Below, piece after piece: positions 13,401-26,391 of a stretch of 64,000 bases of DNA (positions are counted from its first letter, which is position 1; each line of letters begins with the position of its first letter). The stretch is from Lepidodermella squamata (lineage: Eukaryota > Animalia > Gastrotricha), in the NCBI GenBank assembly GCA_047495785.1, contig JBLDXI010000015.1, positions 3,906,001 to 3,970,000 on the forward strand, given 5' to 3'. The notes beneath the pieces are model-generated. The model saw nothing but the letters and a program-made list of their open reading frames with translations, searched no databases and was not told where the DNA came from. Both the position numbers and the translations under genes were made by a program.

Positions 13401-15075
13401 AACGGTGAGAATTCTAGCTGGAGAATCCCATGCTAACGTCAATGCATCTAATATAAATGGCGAGACTCCCTTACATTACGCTGCTATGTATGGAAAAGTG
13501 GAATCCGCCAGAATTCTAACTGGAGAATTCCATGCTAACGACAATGCACCAAATAAACATGGCGAGACTCCCTTGCACTACGCTGTTTTGAAAGGACACG
13601 CGGAAACGGTGAGAATTCTAGCCGGAGAATCCCATGCTAACGTCAATGCATCTAATATAAATGGCGAGACTCCCTTACATTACGCTGCTATGTATGGAAA
13701 AGTGGAATCCGTCAGAATTCTAACTGGAGAATTCCATGCCAACGTCAATGCACCAAATAAACGTGGCGAGACTCCCTTACAGTACGCTGTTATGAAAGGA
13801 CATGAGGAAACGGTGAGAATTCTAGCTGGAGAATTCCATGCTAACGTCAATGCATCAAATAAACTTGGCTGGACCCCCTTACATTACGCTGCTATGTATG
13901 GAAACGTGGAATCCGTCAGAATTCTAGCTGGAGAATTCCATGCTAACGTCAATGCATCTAATATAGATGGCGAAACTCCCTTGCGTATCGCTGCTATGTA
14001 TGGAAAAGTGGAATCCGTCAGAATTCTAACTGGAGAATTCCATGCTAACGTCAATGCACCAATTAAACGTGGCGAGACTCCCTTACATTACGCTGTTTTG
14101 AAAGGACACGCGGAAACGGTGAGAATTCTAGCTGGAGAATCCCATGCTATCATCAATGCATCTAATATAAATGGCGAGACTCCCTTACATTACGCTGTTT
14201 TGTATGGAAATATGGAATCCGTCAGAATTCTAACTGGAGAATTCCATGCTAACGTTAATGCACCAAATAAACGTGGCGAGACTCCCTTACATTACGCTGT
14301 TTTGAAAGGACACGCGGAAACGGTGACAATTCTAGCCGGAGAATCCCATGCTAACGTCAATGCATCTAATATAAATGGCGAGACTCCCTTACATTACGCT
14401 GCTATGTATGGAAAAGTGGAATCCGTCAGAATTCTAACTGGAGAATTCCATGCCAACGTCAATGCACCAAATAAACGTGGCGAGACTCCCTTACAGTACG
14501 CTGTCATGAAAGGACATGTGAAAACGGTGAGAATTCTAGCCGGAGAATGCCATGCTAACGTCAATGCATCAAATAAACTTGGCGAGACTCCCTTACATTA
14601 CGCTGTTATGTATGGAAACGTGGAATCCGTCAGAATTCTAGCTGGAGATTTCCATGCTAACGTCAATGCATCTAATATAGATGGCGAAACTCCCTTGCAT
14701 ATCGCTGCTATGTATGGAAAAGTGGAATCCATGAGACTTCTAGCTGGAGAATTTTATGCTAACGTCAATGCATCAAATAAACTTGGCTGGACTCCCTTAC
14801 ATTACGCTGCTGATAATGGACATGAGGAAACGGTGAGAATTCTAGCTGGAGAATTCCATGCTAACGTCAATGCATCAAATAAACTCGGCTGGACCCCCTT
14901 ACATTACGCTGCTATGTATGGGAACGTGGAATCCGTCAGAATTCTAGCTGGAGAATTCCATGCTAACGTCAATGCATCTAATATAGATGGCGAAACTCCC
15001 TTGCGTATCGCTGCTATGTATGGAATATTGGAATCCATGAGACTTCTAGCTGGAGAATCAGGGTTTTCGGTTTAA
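10453..15075 (+). CDS. NEK-like Ser/Thr kinase fused to ~27 ankyrin repeats; predicted exons 10453-10668, 10742-10802, 11390-11648, 11702-11858, 11911-11936, 11989-12196, 12250-15075
   Basis: Motifs GRGYFG, AVK, HPNVV, MEYCSGGDL, HRDIKPKN, KLGDFGLAK, YKAPE and SDWWSLG. Splice phases join in frame to the ankyrin ORF (GxTPLHxAA repeats). Confidence 0.9.
10876..11277. mobile_element. piggyBac-like MITE in kinase intron 2
   Basis: TTAA TSDs at 10872-10875 and 11278-11281. TIR cccttagccgccg / cggcggctaaggg. Confidence 0.85.
13050..15059 (+). repeat. Coding tandem array of ~20 near-identical 102-bp (34-aa) ankyrin units
   Basis: The motif agaattctagctggagaattccatgctaacgtcaatgca recurs every 102 bp. 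Confidence 0.95.
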
Positions 15076-16228
15076 ACTCAAACCGGTTTACTATATTTAC
15101 CGGTGCCGGTATAAACAGGTTTTTTCACGTTTAATAAAAACCGCGGTTTAAAGTAAACAGGCAAATCCGACGGTTGGATGGTAAGAAATCACAAGGAATG
15201 TGTCCTCCTAACAGAAAGTGTTGACACAAAGTGTAGTTTTAATATCCGGAGTTGCATTAGAAATGATATTAACCTTTGATTATTGGCGTGAAGGATCATT
15301 TGCCAAGTAAGATTCTGACAAATTCGAACAAATATCAATCATTCACAGTGTAATCGATAATCGATAATCGATAACCGATAATCCCATTATAAAAACTGAC
15401 GTGTTACGTGTTTGCCCGTCACCCGTGGCTGCTTTACTTCATTACCATCACTACCAGCCAAGCCGCCTTACCCGTCAGCGCCGATTTTTGAAACATCGCC
15501 GGATGGTTGTTAGTCCAGTCCTTCGCCTGATGATGGATCTCGCTTCACATCTCGCGCCAGCAGCACGGAGGCCTTCGTTAATGCCATCGGTTTCTGTCGT
15601 CATTTTAGAGGCTCTGTTAAGAGAAATTTCGATTACACAGCTGAGGAGTTACGGAAAATTGAATTTCATTTTTTCCAAAGCGTAAATAAAGCAATTTCAA
15701 AAAATGAATTTAAAAATGATACTTTCTTCTTTATGGGTTGATTTTTACTTGCAGCCTCAATTAGTCGAATATTTCGAGACGTTGAATTTTTTCAATAATT
15801 TTTATCTGCTGACATTTGCTTTTACCTTTTACCATTTGCCAATCGGAAATTGATTAAAGAATATTTGACTATTAACGCGAAATCATTATGTCGGAATTGT
15901 GTCGGAATCGTGTGGATATAAATCCGACATATAACCGGCCTTGCCTGCGGCTCGGTCCGTTTTGTGGGATTTATTCAAATAATGCTTCCTCTCGGTAGAA
16001 TATACCTATACACCAGATTTTTCCTCGGTTCCGGTCGAGTCGGGTTTTGAGGCCAAGACGGGACACTTGGTCTCGCCATGTACAGTAGCGAATGCCACTG
16101 CAAGCAGTCTCATCCGAAGATTAGCTGCAAGGATGGGGGCCTGTTAAAACGATCACCTTGTGGAGCAACCTATCCCTAGGATAGACCTGCCAATGAGCAG
16201 GTCACAGCACTGGTATTACCATAGACAT

Positions 16229-16664
16229 GATTCATCAATTTCTTGGTGGCCAAAAATCGAAACTTTTTAATTTCAACCGTCGATTTCTTGACAATTAAAG
16301 GCCGGAGTACAAAGAACCAAGTGACATTAGATAGATCTCTTCATGAGGAACACTTGGGATATTTTTTTCCACAATTTCAGCAAATAAGGAACTGACTAGA
16401 ATTAAGGAAACAATGTTTTGCTTTCGGAAATAAACCATGGCAGCTGCTTCGATATAGTTAAAATGAATGGCTTTTTTAGGAAACTAGATTCGCCACACCA
16501 AGAGCTACCTTCTGATTTCTGATACTTGGAGCGACATTGGATGATTTTTCCTGATTTTCTGGGAATTTCAAAGAAATTTGCCCCGAAAACCAATGCAAAA
16601 TAACTGAGTAAGAAATCGACGGTTGAAAGTTAGAGTTTTTTGGTTGGCCTCAAATTGATGAATC
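16229..16664. mobile_element. Degenerate inverted-repeat element (old MITE)
   Basis: gattcatcaattt...tttcaaccgtcgatttctt (16229-16289) is an imperfect reverse complement of aagaaatcgacggttgaaa...aaattgatgaatc (16611-16664). Confidence 0.55.
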
Positions 16665-16835
16665 AGCAGACTATATGGCGTTACACCCCTTTTCTCGTGA
16701 GTAGACATTACTGACCAAAGTCCAGAGATTGTTTTTACGGCGAAATTTGATTTTCACGTGAGATCAGCAGCAAACTCTTATTGATTATAATTGAGGTGCA
16801 ATTTGAGCGAAAAAAAATAAATTGTCATTGTCACT

Positions 16836-17314
16836 CCGTTAGCGTTTCGGTATAAGTCTCCATTTGACGGTAAGTATTTTACCGCAGTACGCAAACCAGG
16901 TTACTTAATGCTCGTGCAGTAAAACTAACGGCGCCGCGTAAGTTAATTTTTACCGCACGCGGTGTTATTTTTACCGCAGAAGCACTTGCGGCTCGCAGCA
17001 ATGCGCTACAGCGGTTGCGTAACACGCTGTATTCCATGTACGCGAGCGGTACCGCTCGCGTACACACCATCATATAACCTGAGCGCAGTTCCAACTCCAT
17101 TTCTATTCCTCCATAATATGCTTGTAATTCCTACTGTTCCTACAAGATAATATGAGCTGAAATTACCGCAGAGAAATTAATTTTACCGCACGCGAGTATT
17201 TTACGCTTTAGTGTCGCAGTGTAGTGCTGTTTACGGTAAACTATTTACCGCAACTAGAGAACAATGACGAGATGGAGTTACCGTCAAATGGAGAGTTATA
17301 CCGAAACGCTAACG
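16836..17314. mobile_element. MITE family A, copy 2 (intact TIRs)
   Basis: ~37-bp TIR cgttagcgtttcggtataagtctccatttgacggtaa / ttaccgtcaaatggagagttataccgaaacgctaacg. Internal sequence is homologous to 8081-8640. Confidence 0.88.
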
Positions 17315-17808
17315 ATATAGCGTGTGCATATGCGAGCTGCACATTAGAATGGAATTTTTTGTGCACCGAGATTATTGCCTTCTACTACTACGCGCATTAT
17401 TGTCAGTGCATTATAAAAATTGCGGCCTGGCTTGTTTGCACCGGTCTCCAAAAAGCAGAAGCTAATGTCGGTATTGGTGTTTTTTTCGATTTTAATGACC
17501 TAATAAATTTGACCCAATTTATTTTTGTATATCATTAAGCTAGATTATATCTCCAGCTCCTGGGGCCTTTGCGTATTATAAAATTTGACGCGTCCCTTAG
17601 ATAAGCGCATTTATATATTTATCATAAACAGGATTTTCGCGTACTATCAAACCTATAGCCCTATAGCGATAAATATAGTTCCACAATTAGAATTTTCAGA
17701 ATAGCCGTAGGCTTTTTTCATCTTAAGGTAATTTGTTGCTGCTTTTCACACCTTTTGAATGTAATAGTTTTTACTGGATAATTACTCGAGTGAATGAAAT
17801 TATTTTAA

Positions 17809-18345
17809 ATGTCGTGCCCAATTTGCTATGGTCAGCTTCTGAATGCTGTTCTGACGCCTTGTCGGCATATCTTCTGCGAGAAATGCATAATTCGATGGAT
17901 TCAATTCGATCACAATTTCTGCCCTGTCGATAGGGTCCCTCTCAAATTAGAGGACTTGGAACGGGTTTTCATTGGCGACTCGACTCCGAATGCCGACTCT
18001 AAGATATCCCTGCCAGCGATCAGCAGGAGGAATTATGAAGCGAACGAAGCTCAACTTACTCCTAGCGCTATTGACGATATCGAAGAAAATGCTGCCGGCT
18101 CAATAATTCATGGGGTGATAATGGGGTCAGTTGTTGCCATAACTCTAGCCGCAATGCAGGAAAAAATCGAAAAATTTGCCGAGTTTATGATAACAGGTGG
18201 CTTCATCGGCGGTCTGATCAATCTTTACACCATCGAGTCGAAACTCGGCGATAAATTGTCGTTTCATCGAAGCGGAATTTACCGGCGATTAGTAGCGCCT
18301 GAAATTTGTGAAAAATGCGGAAAATCACCGTGGAATTGTGATTGA
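17809..18345 (+). CDS. Small C3HC4 RING-finger protein (putative E3 ligase) with two hydrophobic segments
   Basis: CPIC..PCRHIFCEKC..CPVDR RING at the N-terminus. Hydrophobic stretches IIHGVIMGSVVAITLAAM and FMITGGFIGGLINLY. Single exon. Confidence 0.8.
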   Translation: MSCPICYGQLLNAVLTPCRHIFCEKCIIRWIQFDHNFCPVDRVPLKLEDLERVFIGDSTPNADSKISLPAISRRNYEANEAQLTPSAIDDIEENAAGSIIHGVIMGSVVAITLAAMQEKIEKFAEFMITGGFIGGLINLYTIESKLGDKLSFHRSGIYRRLVAPEICEKCGKSPWNCD

Positions 18346-18483
18346 TTTCATTCTTTATTATATTTTAACACAGAAATAAAATGAAATAAACTTTGATTCC
18401 TTATTACCATTACTATTTTTTCAAAATAATTTTTCCACGAAGAAAAAAAAATGAAATAATTTTGTTGAAAGTTGTTTCGTCTG

Positions 18484-21400
18484 TCACATGACGTTGCAGC
18501 CGGTGCATGATTGAACGCGAACCGCGAGAGCATTGCCACCCGGTCCGCCGGCGTGATCGCCGCCGATGAGTTGCGACCTTGAGCCGACACTATGTGCCGA
18601 CAAATTGACAGCCGACGACCTTTGACTGGAGCGAGCGCGTAGCACGCTCAGCACCCCACTGTGAGCCTGGGCGCGGCCGTTCGGCGACGCCGAGTTCGGC
18701 AGATACCCAGCTACAATATCAATCACCTGGCTGAGACGGCCGAGAAAATCAGCCTCAAGCCCGCCGCCGCCATGCCCACCAACGCCTTTCATGTCAACGT
18801 AGACCAGGCGGGCTAGAACTAGGCCTAATGGGCCAGGTGGTGGCCAAGGGATCTTCTCGAAAACAATCGGTACAATCGGCTTATTCAACAAATCAGCCAG
18901 CCATATTTCGCGATGGCAATGCTGCGAGACGAGGTAACGCGGCGACAGGCATGCGAGGAAAACCCGGCAATTCCTGATCGCCCGTTCGATTTCAACCGCC
19001 AACTGATCGCCAGCTGACATTTGAGCGTCGTCCAGCCAGTAGGTATAACCGCGGAATTGGAGCCATTCGCAAAGGGCTCGGACATCTGCCTGGGTGTCGT
19101 ATTGATACGAAACGAAAACCTGAACAGTTTTCGGCGTCCGGCGGCCGGTTCGAATCGCGCCGACTACGTCATGCCGCCCCATTTGTTCGAGGTAGGACAG
19201 CAGAACATCAACAGCTAATTGGTTATTCCCCGCTGTTATGATCCAGTCGCAGAGTAGGGCTAGGCTCGAGTTGACGTCGTCGGCAAATCGATGAACGGCA
19301 GATTCGTGGTAGCCTAGTAACCGGGCTAGTTCGACCCAACCCTTAGCGTCGTCATCGCTATCGTCGTCATTAACGCCATCTTCGTTATTCGGCTCAGACG
19401 GGTCTTCGACATTCATCAACTTCGCGGCTGTTTTCAGCCATTGCGGGATGGAGTTGCCCTTGTGAAGTTCGATGTTGTCGAACGTGTCGACTATCACGCT
19501 TTCGGGTAGGACCGGCGAGGCGCCTGATTCGTCGTCAGTCGCGCAGGTCGGCATGACAACGCTCGGGAACCACGCTCGAATCGGCGCCGTATTCGTACGG
19601 CTGTCCAACTCGCAGGTAACGCAAGCGTTTGTCAAACACTCGCTGAGACTGATAAGGTGGACGCAGGCCTCGTGGCTGCACGCCGCCTTATCATGCAGGG
19701 CGCATTTCGACGTCTGGCAGCCACAAGCGACCGACAACTGGAAAGACAAGCGATGAAACATGGTTGTCTGAAGGTCGCCGAATGCCCTCAAAACACATTT
19801 TCTCAGGTCGTTAAGCACTGTTAGGATGGCCTGTTGATTCACGGCCATAGACGCCTCTGCGTCCAGCGCTAGGGTCCTGCTATCTGAGTAAGTCCTATGA
19901 AGGGTTTCAGGGTGTAGGGAGTCGCCTAGCGTGGACTTGCTGGTCGTAAGTTGGCCCTGGCTCGCGGGCTCCTCGTTTGTTTTGTTCGAAAGGGTGCGAA
20001 TCGAAATCTTGATGCGGTTGTACTGCGTGATTTGATTCGCGATAACAATAACCAACGAGGAGGAGCCGCTAGCCAGTTGCAGGTCGTCTATGCGGATGTA
20101 AGACACGTTTCGACTCAACTGATGCGACCAGCTGCTGTTGGCACTGCCGGCTACAAAGTCGACCAACGACTTGGCTTGTTCCATCATTGGCGACAAGCTG
20201 TTGCTCGAACCTCGACTGCCGTGTTGGTTCAGCTGGTTCGCCCGAGATACCACCCATCGAAGACATCGGCTGAGGAAGAGCGGGTACAAAAATTCACTCG
20301 CAGTCGAACGAAATTCAACGTAGAACGTGAATAGCGGCGGGACACCGCCAGTTGGCAACAACCCGAAAGCTTCACTATTCGACCCTGAAGATAACTTCGA
20401 AGGAATCAATGGGAATAAAATGAATTTCCTTTGATAAGAGCTTTCGTTCGGCTTCATAAGCCAAGGAGTTGCTATATCTAGCTTGTTGAGTAGCCATGTT
20501 ACCCATCTCAACTGTCGATGGCTGGTTGATTCGGTGTGATGAACATTAAGCTGGTTACCGCCGTTTGATTTCAGCAAATCATTCAGGGCTGATTGATGTT
20601 TCTGAAATACCGAGTGGATCCTGTCTTCTGGGAGCAACGGTGGCGGTGAGTCGTTGTCTTGTTCATGGGCCTTTACCAGGGTGACCAGTGAGTTGGCGAT
20701 GACGCTGGCTAGATTGTGAGGTTGGACGAAGAGAATTCCCTCAGAAATGACGTTGTAGTCTTGCAGCTGGCTAGTTGCGCCCGTTGATGCAGTTGCATAA
20801 TAAATTCTACCCATTGAATGGGCATAGCGGACGTAGGCTGTCAACTCGCTGTCACTTGCAATCGAAGAGTCTGAAATGAAAGTTAAGGTAATAAAAAACA
20901 TGAAGCGTGTCCCATAAGTTGCGCAACCATTTTGTAATTTCGAAAAAATTTCAAGAAATTAAACTAATTTTTTGAAATTAAGCCCACTGAGGGAATCTTC
21001 CATTATTTAGCCACAATTTTACCGAATAATTTACCGGAAAAAACCCTGAAAACTCCGATGGTAACTGGTTCGGTAATTTTCGGTTTTTACCTGGTTGGAT
21101 CAAATTTCTTCGGATTTTCCTGGCCATGAGTAGTGACTTCCCCTATCATTTTAGAGTTTCTGATCCCTTTGCTGTGTACTTCCTTAGTTCGCGTTACCTA
21201 TGGGACATGCTGCAGAATAAAATAAAACTAGACCGATAACTGCAACGAGGGGTAACTTTGGAGAAAACATGTTTTTGAAGGATGAAACTAAAACTTCGCT
21301 CGAGAAATTCTGAAATTTAAAGCTAAGCTAGGCAAGGTGATTCCTGATTTTACTGTAAATTTTGAGAATTTTTCTATTTTCCCCTGATTTTTAGCAATTT

Positions 21401-24400
21401 AAAATATTTGTGGGTAATCTGGATTCAATAGCCTGATAGGAAAATAGGGTCGAATTTTGAACAAAAGAACAGATAAGTTGTTTTGAACTTAAGGCTAAAG
21501 TTTCCAAGTGTCTATAATTACCTGATGCCAAAGTTCGAAGTTGTTCAGTGGTCAGGAAAGTGAGTCCCCCGGTCGCAAGGTCAGCAATAACGTCATCAAG
21601 CTCCACCCAGCGTTTCGGAACAAAGCATTTCGTTGTAGGTTGTTGTCTCGCAATCGACTCAAGCGACTTCCTCAACATCGCTATGCCGCAGATACTCGGA
21701 ATATTCGAAGACGACAAAATCGGGGCAGATAACCCAGGGGTGCATGCCATAGCTTGAGGCAGTAGCATCGTCGGGACGAAAGCTGTCAGGCCGACTACGT
21801 GTCTGAACAACGGCCGGCTCGAGAACCAGTCAGCAACATACTTGAGCTTAGTCACGATATTCCTCAGTGTCTCAGCGCATTGCGAGGTCGCTAGTCTATC
21901 AGCTTTCGTTCCAACCAAGACAACGCTAGGTAGGAACAACTCGCCATTATTGTGGTCGAAAATGTCATCGCGTTGCATTTCGTGATTGCCCGCCGGGGCA
22001 GACCATGGTGAGAAATGGTTTGACTCTGAATGCCGAAGGTAGATCAACTCGAGCCAGACGGATAATTCGTCTAGATAAGCTGTTGTTGGCGTTGCCGTAG
22101 CGTTGACTTCATTGATCAACGCCGAGGTGGTTTCGATTCGCGTTAAATCAAACGCAAGCACGTAAATGCCTTTTGGAAGCAGAATTATCGGAGACAGCCA
22201 GTAGCTTATGTTAGTCTTCGCGCCAAGATCACACAACCGATACGAAAGCCCAGCGACCCCAGCTCGCCTTCGCATCGAAGACGCCGACGACGAGACTGAA
22301 GAAGTTCGAACCATGGGGACAACACCGGGGGTAACCCCGGTTCCAGCTTCATCTGCCATTATGATTTCGTCAAACATTGTCTGGGCGAGGAGTAGCAAGT
22401 CATTCGGGGTGGTTGCGACTAGGTTAGGCGAGAGAAATGTAGGTAACCTTGGCGAGTTCGGGTCCGTGGCTGCATCATCCTTTTCGTCCTTATTCTCAAC
22501 CGGCGATCCAGTCGCAGCTTTTTTCTCTTCGAATTTCGACAAAGCTTGCAGCACAAGATTCTGAGCAGCGGAGACTGACATTCTCAGGAGATGGTCCGAT
22601 GTTTTCGGGCCCCCTAAGAAAGCGCCCTGCTTATTCTTCCGCTTCGGCCTTTGCCGGATTGCCTCACTGCAAAGGTAAGCCCCAGACCATTGCTCACTGT
22701 CTTGAAGATTCAGCGAGCCAGACAATGTGTTAGCAAATAGTTCCGGGTTCAACTCAGCCGCCTTAACCAGGCCATTTGCTGTCGTTGCGAACGCCGTCCC
22801 TTCCAATAGAGCTGGGCTCAGGGATTGCCCGGTAGCCAATGCGTTGCAAACGACTGATTTCCCAGCTAGAGTTGGCCCGATGAAGACGATAGGGACGTCG
22901 GATTCAGGCGAGATTCCGCTTTGCTGGCAGGCCTCGGCATAGGCCTGAGTCGCCTCCTGGCCGCCCATGAAAACTTCACTCGGGGAGTTGATACCGTCAG
23001 CAGTCGCGAGAAGTTCGATGCCGGTTGTACTGCCGTACAGGTCGAAGAGGAGCCATAACTCTGGGGCGGCGGGGTCTGGGGGCTGCTGAGACTGAAGTGA
23101 CTGCTGTTTAGCTAAGCTGTTCACTTGGCTAACGCGTTTTACAAAGACGTTATTCACGCTGATGACGCTAGTTTTTCGGCTGAAATGTTGAGCCACGGAG
23201 ACGAACTGGTGGCCGCCCTGGGGCGTATTGCTGCCATTGTCTGAGTAGTGAGCAAAAAGCCGACCGCAGTAGTTGTTATTGATGAAGTAGTGCAGATTGC
23301 CGTCATATCCGTAGCAAATGCATAGACGGCAGCCATCGGAAAGCAGATCGTTTGACATGCACTCGGTCCAAACGCCTGATAGAAAAAATGCACACAAGCG
23401 CAATTAACCACAGGTTTCCTTAAGATTTTGTAAATATTTTAGGCTCGGCAGAAATTTGAAACGCACTCATGGATAGAATTTCCTAAAATAGAAATTCGTC
23501 TTCGCCGCATACAAAAAAAGAAAATTTAACATTAATGACCTAATATATTTGACAAGACGTTCAAAATGGACGACCATAAGCAAAACCAGAATTTCTGATG
23601 AAATGTTGTGAAAATAGGATTTTCCTCTTGTGCATCGATTTAATAAATAATTGATTTGGCTGCACATAGGAAAGCTTCTCAGAAAGCAGAATGAGGTTAA
23701 TGCATAAAATAATTGGTGATCAGCGATCGTGAAATAAAAAATGAATAAAAATTCCCCCTTAACTTCGAATTTAAAATTTTCCATTGCCTTTAAAAATTAA
23801 AATTCTAAATGCGCGCAATTTCTCAAAATCGGCCAAAAATAAAAGTCTCAATCCTCCATTTCATCCATATTTTGGTCTTCTGATATAAGGTAATGAAGTT
23901 GTTTCCCTTTCAAGAATGCAAGAGCTATAAAAATGCAATTATTCTTTTAAAATGCTGTAAATTCACAAAATTCAAAAAATGATAGTTCTTAACTAGGAGT
24001 TAACAATAAGGCTCAGTCCTATGCGGAAAATTGGTTGGACGCTAGCCAAAGTCTAGCTAGCAGGCTAATTCTTGAAGTGTTACAGCCTCGTCTGATAATC
24101 ATCATTCATCTTTCCTCATGCAGAACTTGAAAAATTGCAATTTACCAGCTGAGGATTATCAACTTCAAATTAACAAGGTCAGTTTTGGGTTTTCTTACCT
24201 GATCCTAGACGTTTTTCTACATCGGGGCAGAGATAAGGAGGAAGTTCGCCGGGCTGGTTAGGAGCTGGTGCACCCATAGGACTACTGCTTGGGCTGTTGC
24301 CATTCGTGTTGACCACGCTAAGAGGCGGGCTGACAAGCAATAGCCTGTCGTAGTTATCAACAGCAGCAATCGTCAACCCGCCGACAAGAGCTTGCGGCCT

Positions 24401-24742
24401 GTCGCGGGCGTGTTGATGCAGTCGAAGCAGCACAGACCGGCCAGGGACTAACGGGTCCGCATCTATCGTACAGACTATGCCATGTGACCACGTATCAGGC
24501 TGGCGGGTCGCGACTAATCCACTCGGGGCGACAGTAACATTTTTGCCACGAAGTGATTTCGAAAATCGAAGAAGGACAGCAGATCGATCGCCCGAGCCTA
24601 ACCGGCCGCCTCGAAGGCTATTCTCATGCTTCTTGTTCGCCGTGGTGTTGACAAACTCACCCGCCTCGGCGAACGGATCTTCCGGGCCGTACATCGTCTC
24701 CGAAACCAGCGAACTGCTGGTCGTGAAAACGGACGATGTCAT
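18484..24742 (-). CDS. NHR (neuralized repeat) - Roc-like GTPase - COR-like - Death - TIR protein with a C-terminal CaaX; exons approx 24742-24199, 23378-21462, 20870-18484
   Basis: NHR: LRFSKSLRGKNV..GLVATR and LWLLFDLYG. P-loop FIGPTLAGKS, then IYVLAFDL, VVLVGTKAD and VPKRW. Death-like WVELARLLGY..LLCDW. TIR VFVSY..WLD..SPRYLVSQHCHRE. Ends CNVM*. Confidence 0.82.
20905..21212. mobile_element. Degenerate Tc1/mariner-like MITE in an intron
   Basis: Imperfect TIR agcgtgtcccataag / ctatgggacatgctg. Confidence 0.4.
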
Positions 24743-26391
24743 GTTAATTTTATTGCAATAAAATTGCGGTCAAATCGGAAAGTTGCGGGTAGGAACAGCA
24801 GTTTAGTCCGAGCATAATTTGAAAAATAATATTAATTGTCAGGTAAGAACTATAATATAAAATTTGAAATGAATATAGGGCGAAATTCGTGTCCAGCAGC
24901 ACGTTAGCATGTGATGTTTTCGTCTGCGTCATTTTTCTCGCCGTGGGCGTTGATTCTACGAGGTGGAGAAAAGAGAGTGTTTAGAAGACGCGAGTGTCAG
25001 CCCGCAGCGAGAAGAGGCGCGAGGAAGCCGAGCCCTAAAACCTTGCTGCTGCCGCTGCTCCATCAGACACTTTTCAAGCTCGCTCTGTCATCATTTCTCT
25101 CCCTCGCTCACCTGTGTATGCGCCTGCGCGTAAAACTAAAATCAATAGTCATCACGTAAAACGCTATATTATAGTATGCAATGCTCGACTAGCAGCATCG
25201 TGATTAATAATAATAATAGCAAATATGGCGGCGCGCGTCTCGCCTTTCGTCGCTCTCGCTCTTTGTTCGCGCACCATTTCGCTTACCGATTTTTTCTACT
25301 CTCATTTGCTTGCTGCTGTATATTTCGTTGTTTTTGGGAAAACAACCGCACTTGGCAACGCGCGCGCATCGATCGCTACCAGCAAACAATTTACACACGA
25401 AAAAAACCAGCATATTGCTTTAACGATCTCCGGTGCGTTTTGTTTTTAGTCGCGGTCATACTTGTTTTTTAACGATTCAAGTGCCTAGCGCTTTAGCAAA
25501 CAATGCGCTGCCGCGGTTTCACTGCGGAGAACAAGTGGCTCTTCAATACAGGAAATTCCATTCACGGAAAGGAGATTAAATGAAGGCGTAGGCTCGGACA
25601 TAACATAGGTGACCGATGCCAACTTGATATCGAGAGTGGAATGTACAAATTTTGACTGCAAAAAGGACAAATGAATCATAGGCTTTGAAGATCATAAATT
25701 TCAGTCAGGCACTTATTTGCATTTTGAAATTCAACGGGGGTCAGGCTTGCACTATCAATCGATTGCGGTCTTGGATAAAGCTAATCAAGAAGTGTCAATT
25801 GACGGAAAGTCGTCTGCATTTTTTGTAATTAAGGAGCGTTTTATGAAAAAAACATCAACGCTCCGCTTCCTGAAGGCGCTGTTTTTTTATGCGCTCTGCA
25901 GGCTTAATGAGTATGTGAGCGGTATAATATCGAGTCGGAAGCATCGAAGCCCTGGATTGTGTCGCGAAATATTCATCCACGGCGTGTCTTTTACGCAAGA
26001 GAAATTCTCCACAAGACAAAGCGGCTAACGTGTCTTCTGTGATATTTGAGTTGGGTAAGGGTGTGGGATGAGTCATCAGCCACCGGTCCAACTTCGACAG
26101 CAATGCTATTGATTCGTTACACGCTCAACTTAATCCTCAGGCTCAAAATCTATAAAACATGAAATTCGACGATAATGGGCATGTTTTATTTTGCTAACCG
26201 GTCATTTTAAACTTCAGCCTAGAAGTTCTGCTTTCATAAATAAGAGACCTATATTTACATGGGTAAGGATATTGTCATATAATATTAATCAGGTGATGCG
26301 TGATGCTGTCAAACCGAAACGGTTGGGGTGCGTAAAATATCAAGAAATAATGTTCAAATTTAATCTCATAGAGTGCAGGCAGGTTCAGCCT

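Noticed and set aside
13050-15059. Regular repeat array resembling CRISPR
   Set aside because: The units are in-frame 102-bp coding ankyrin repeats with no unique spacers, in a eukaryotic context with no cas genes.
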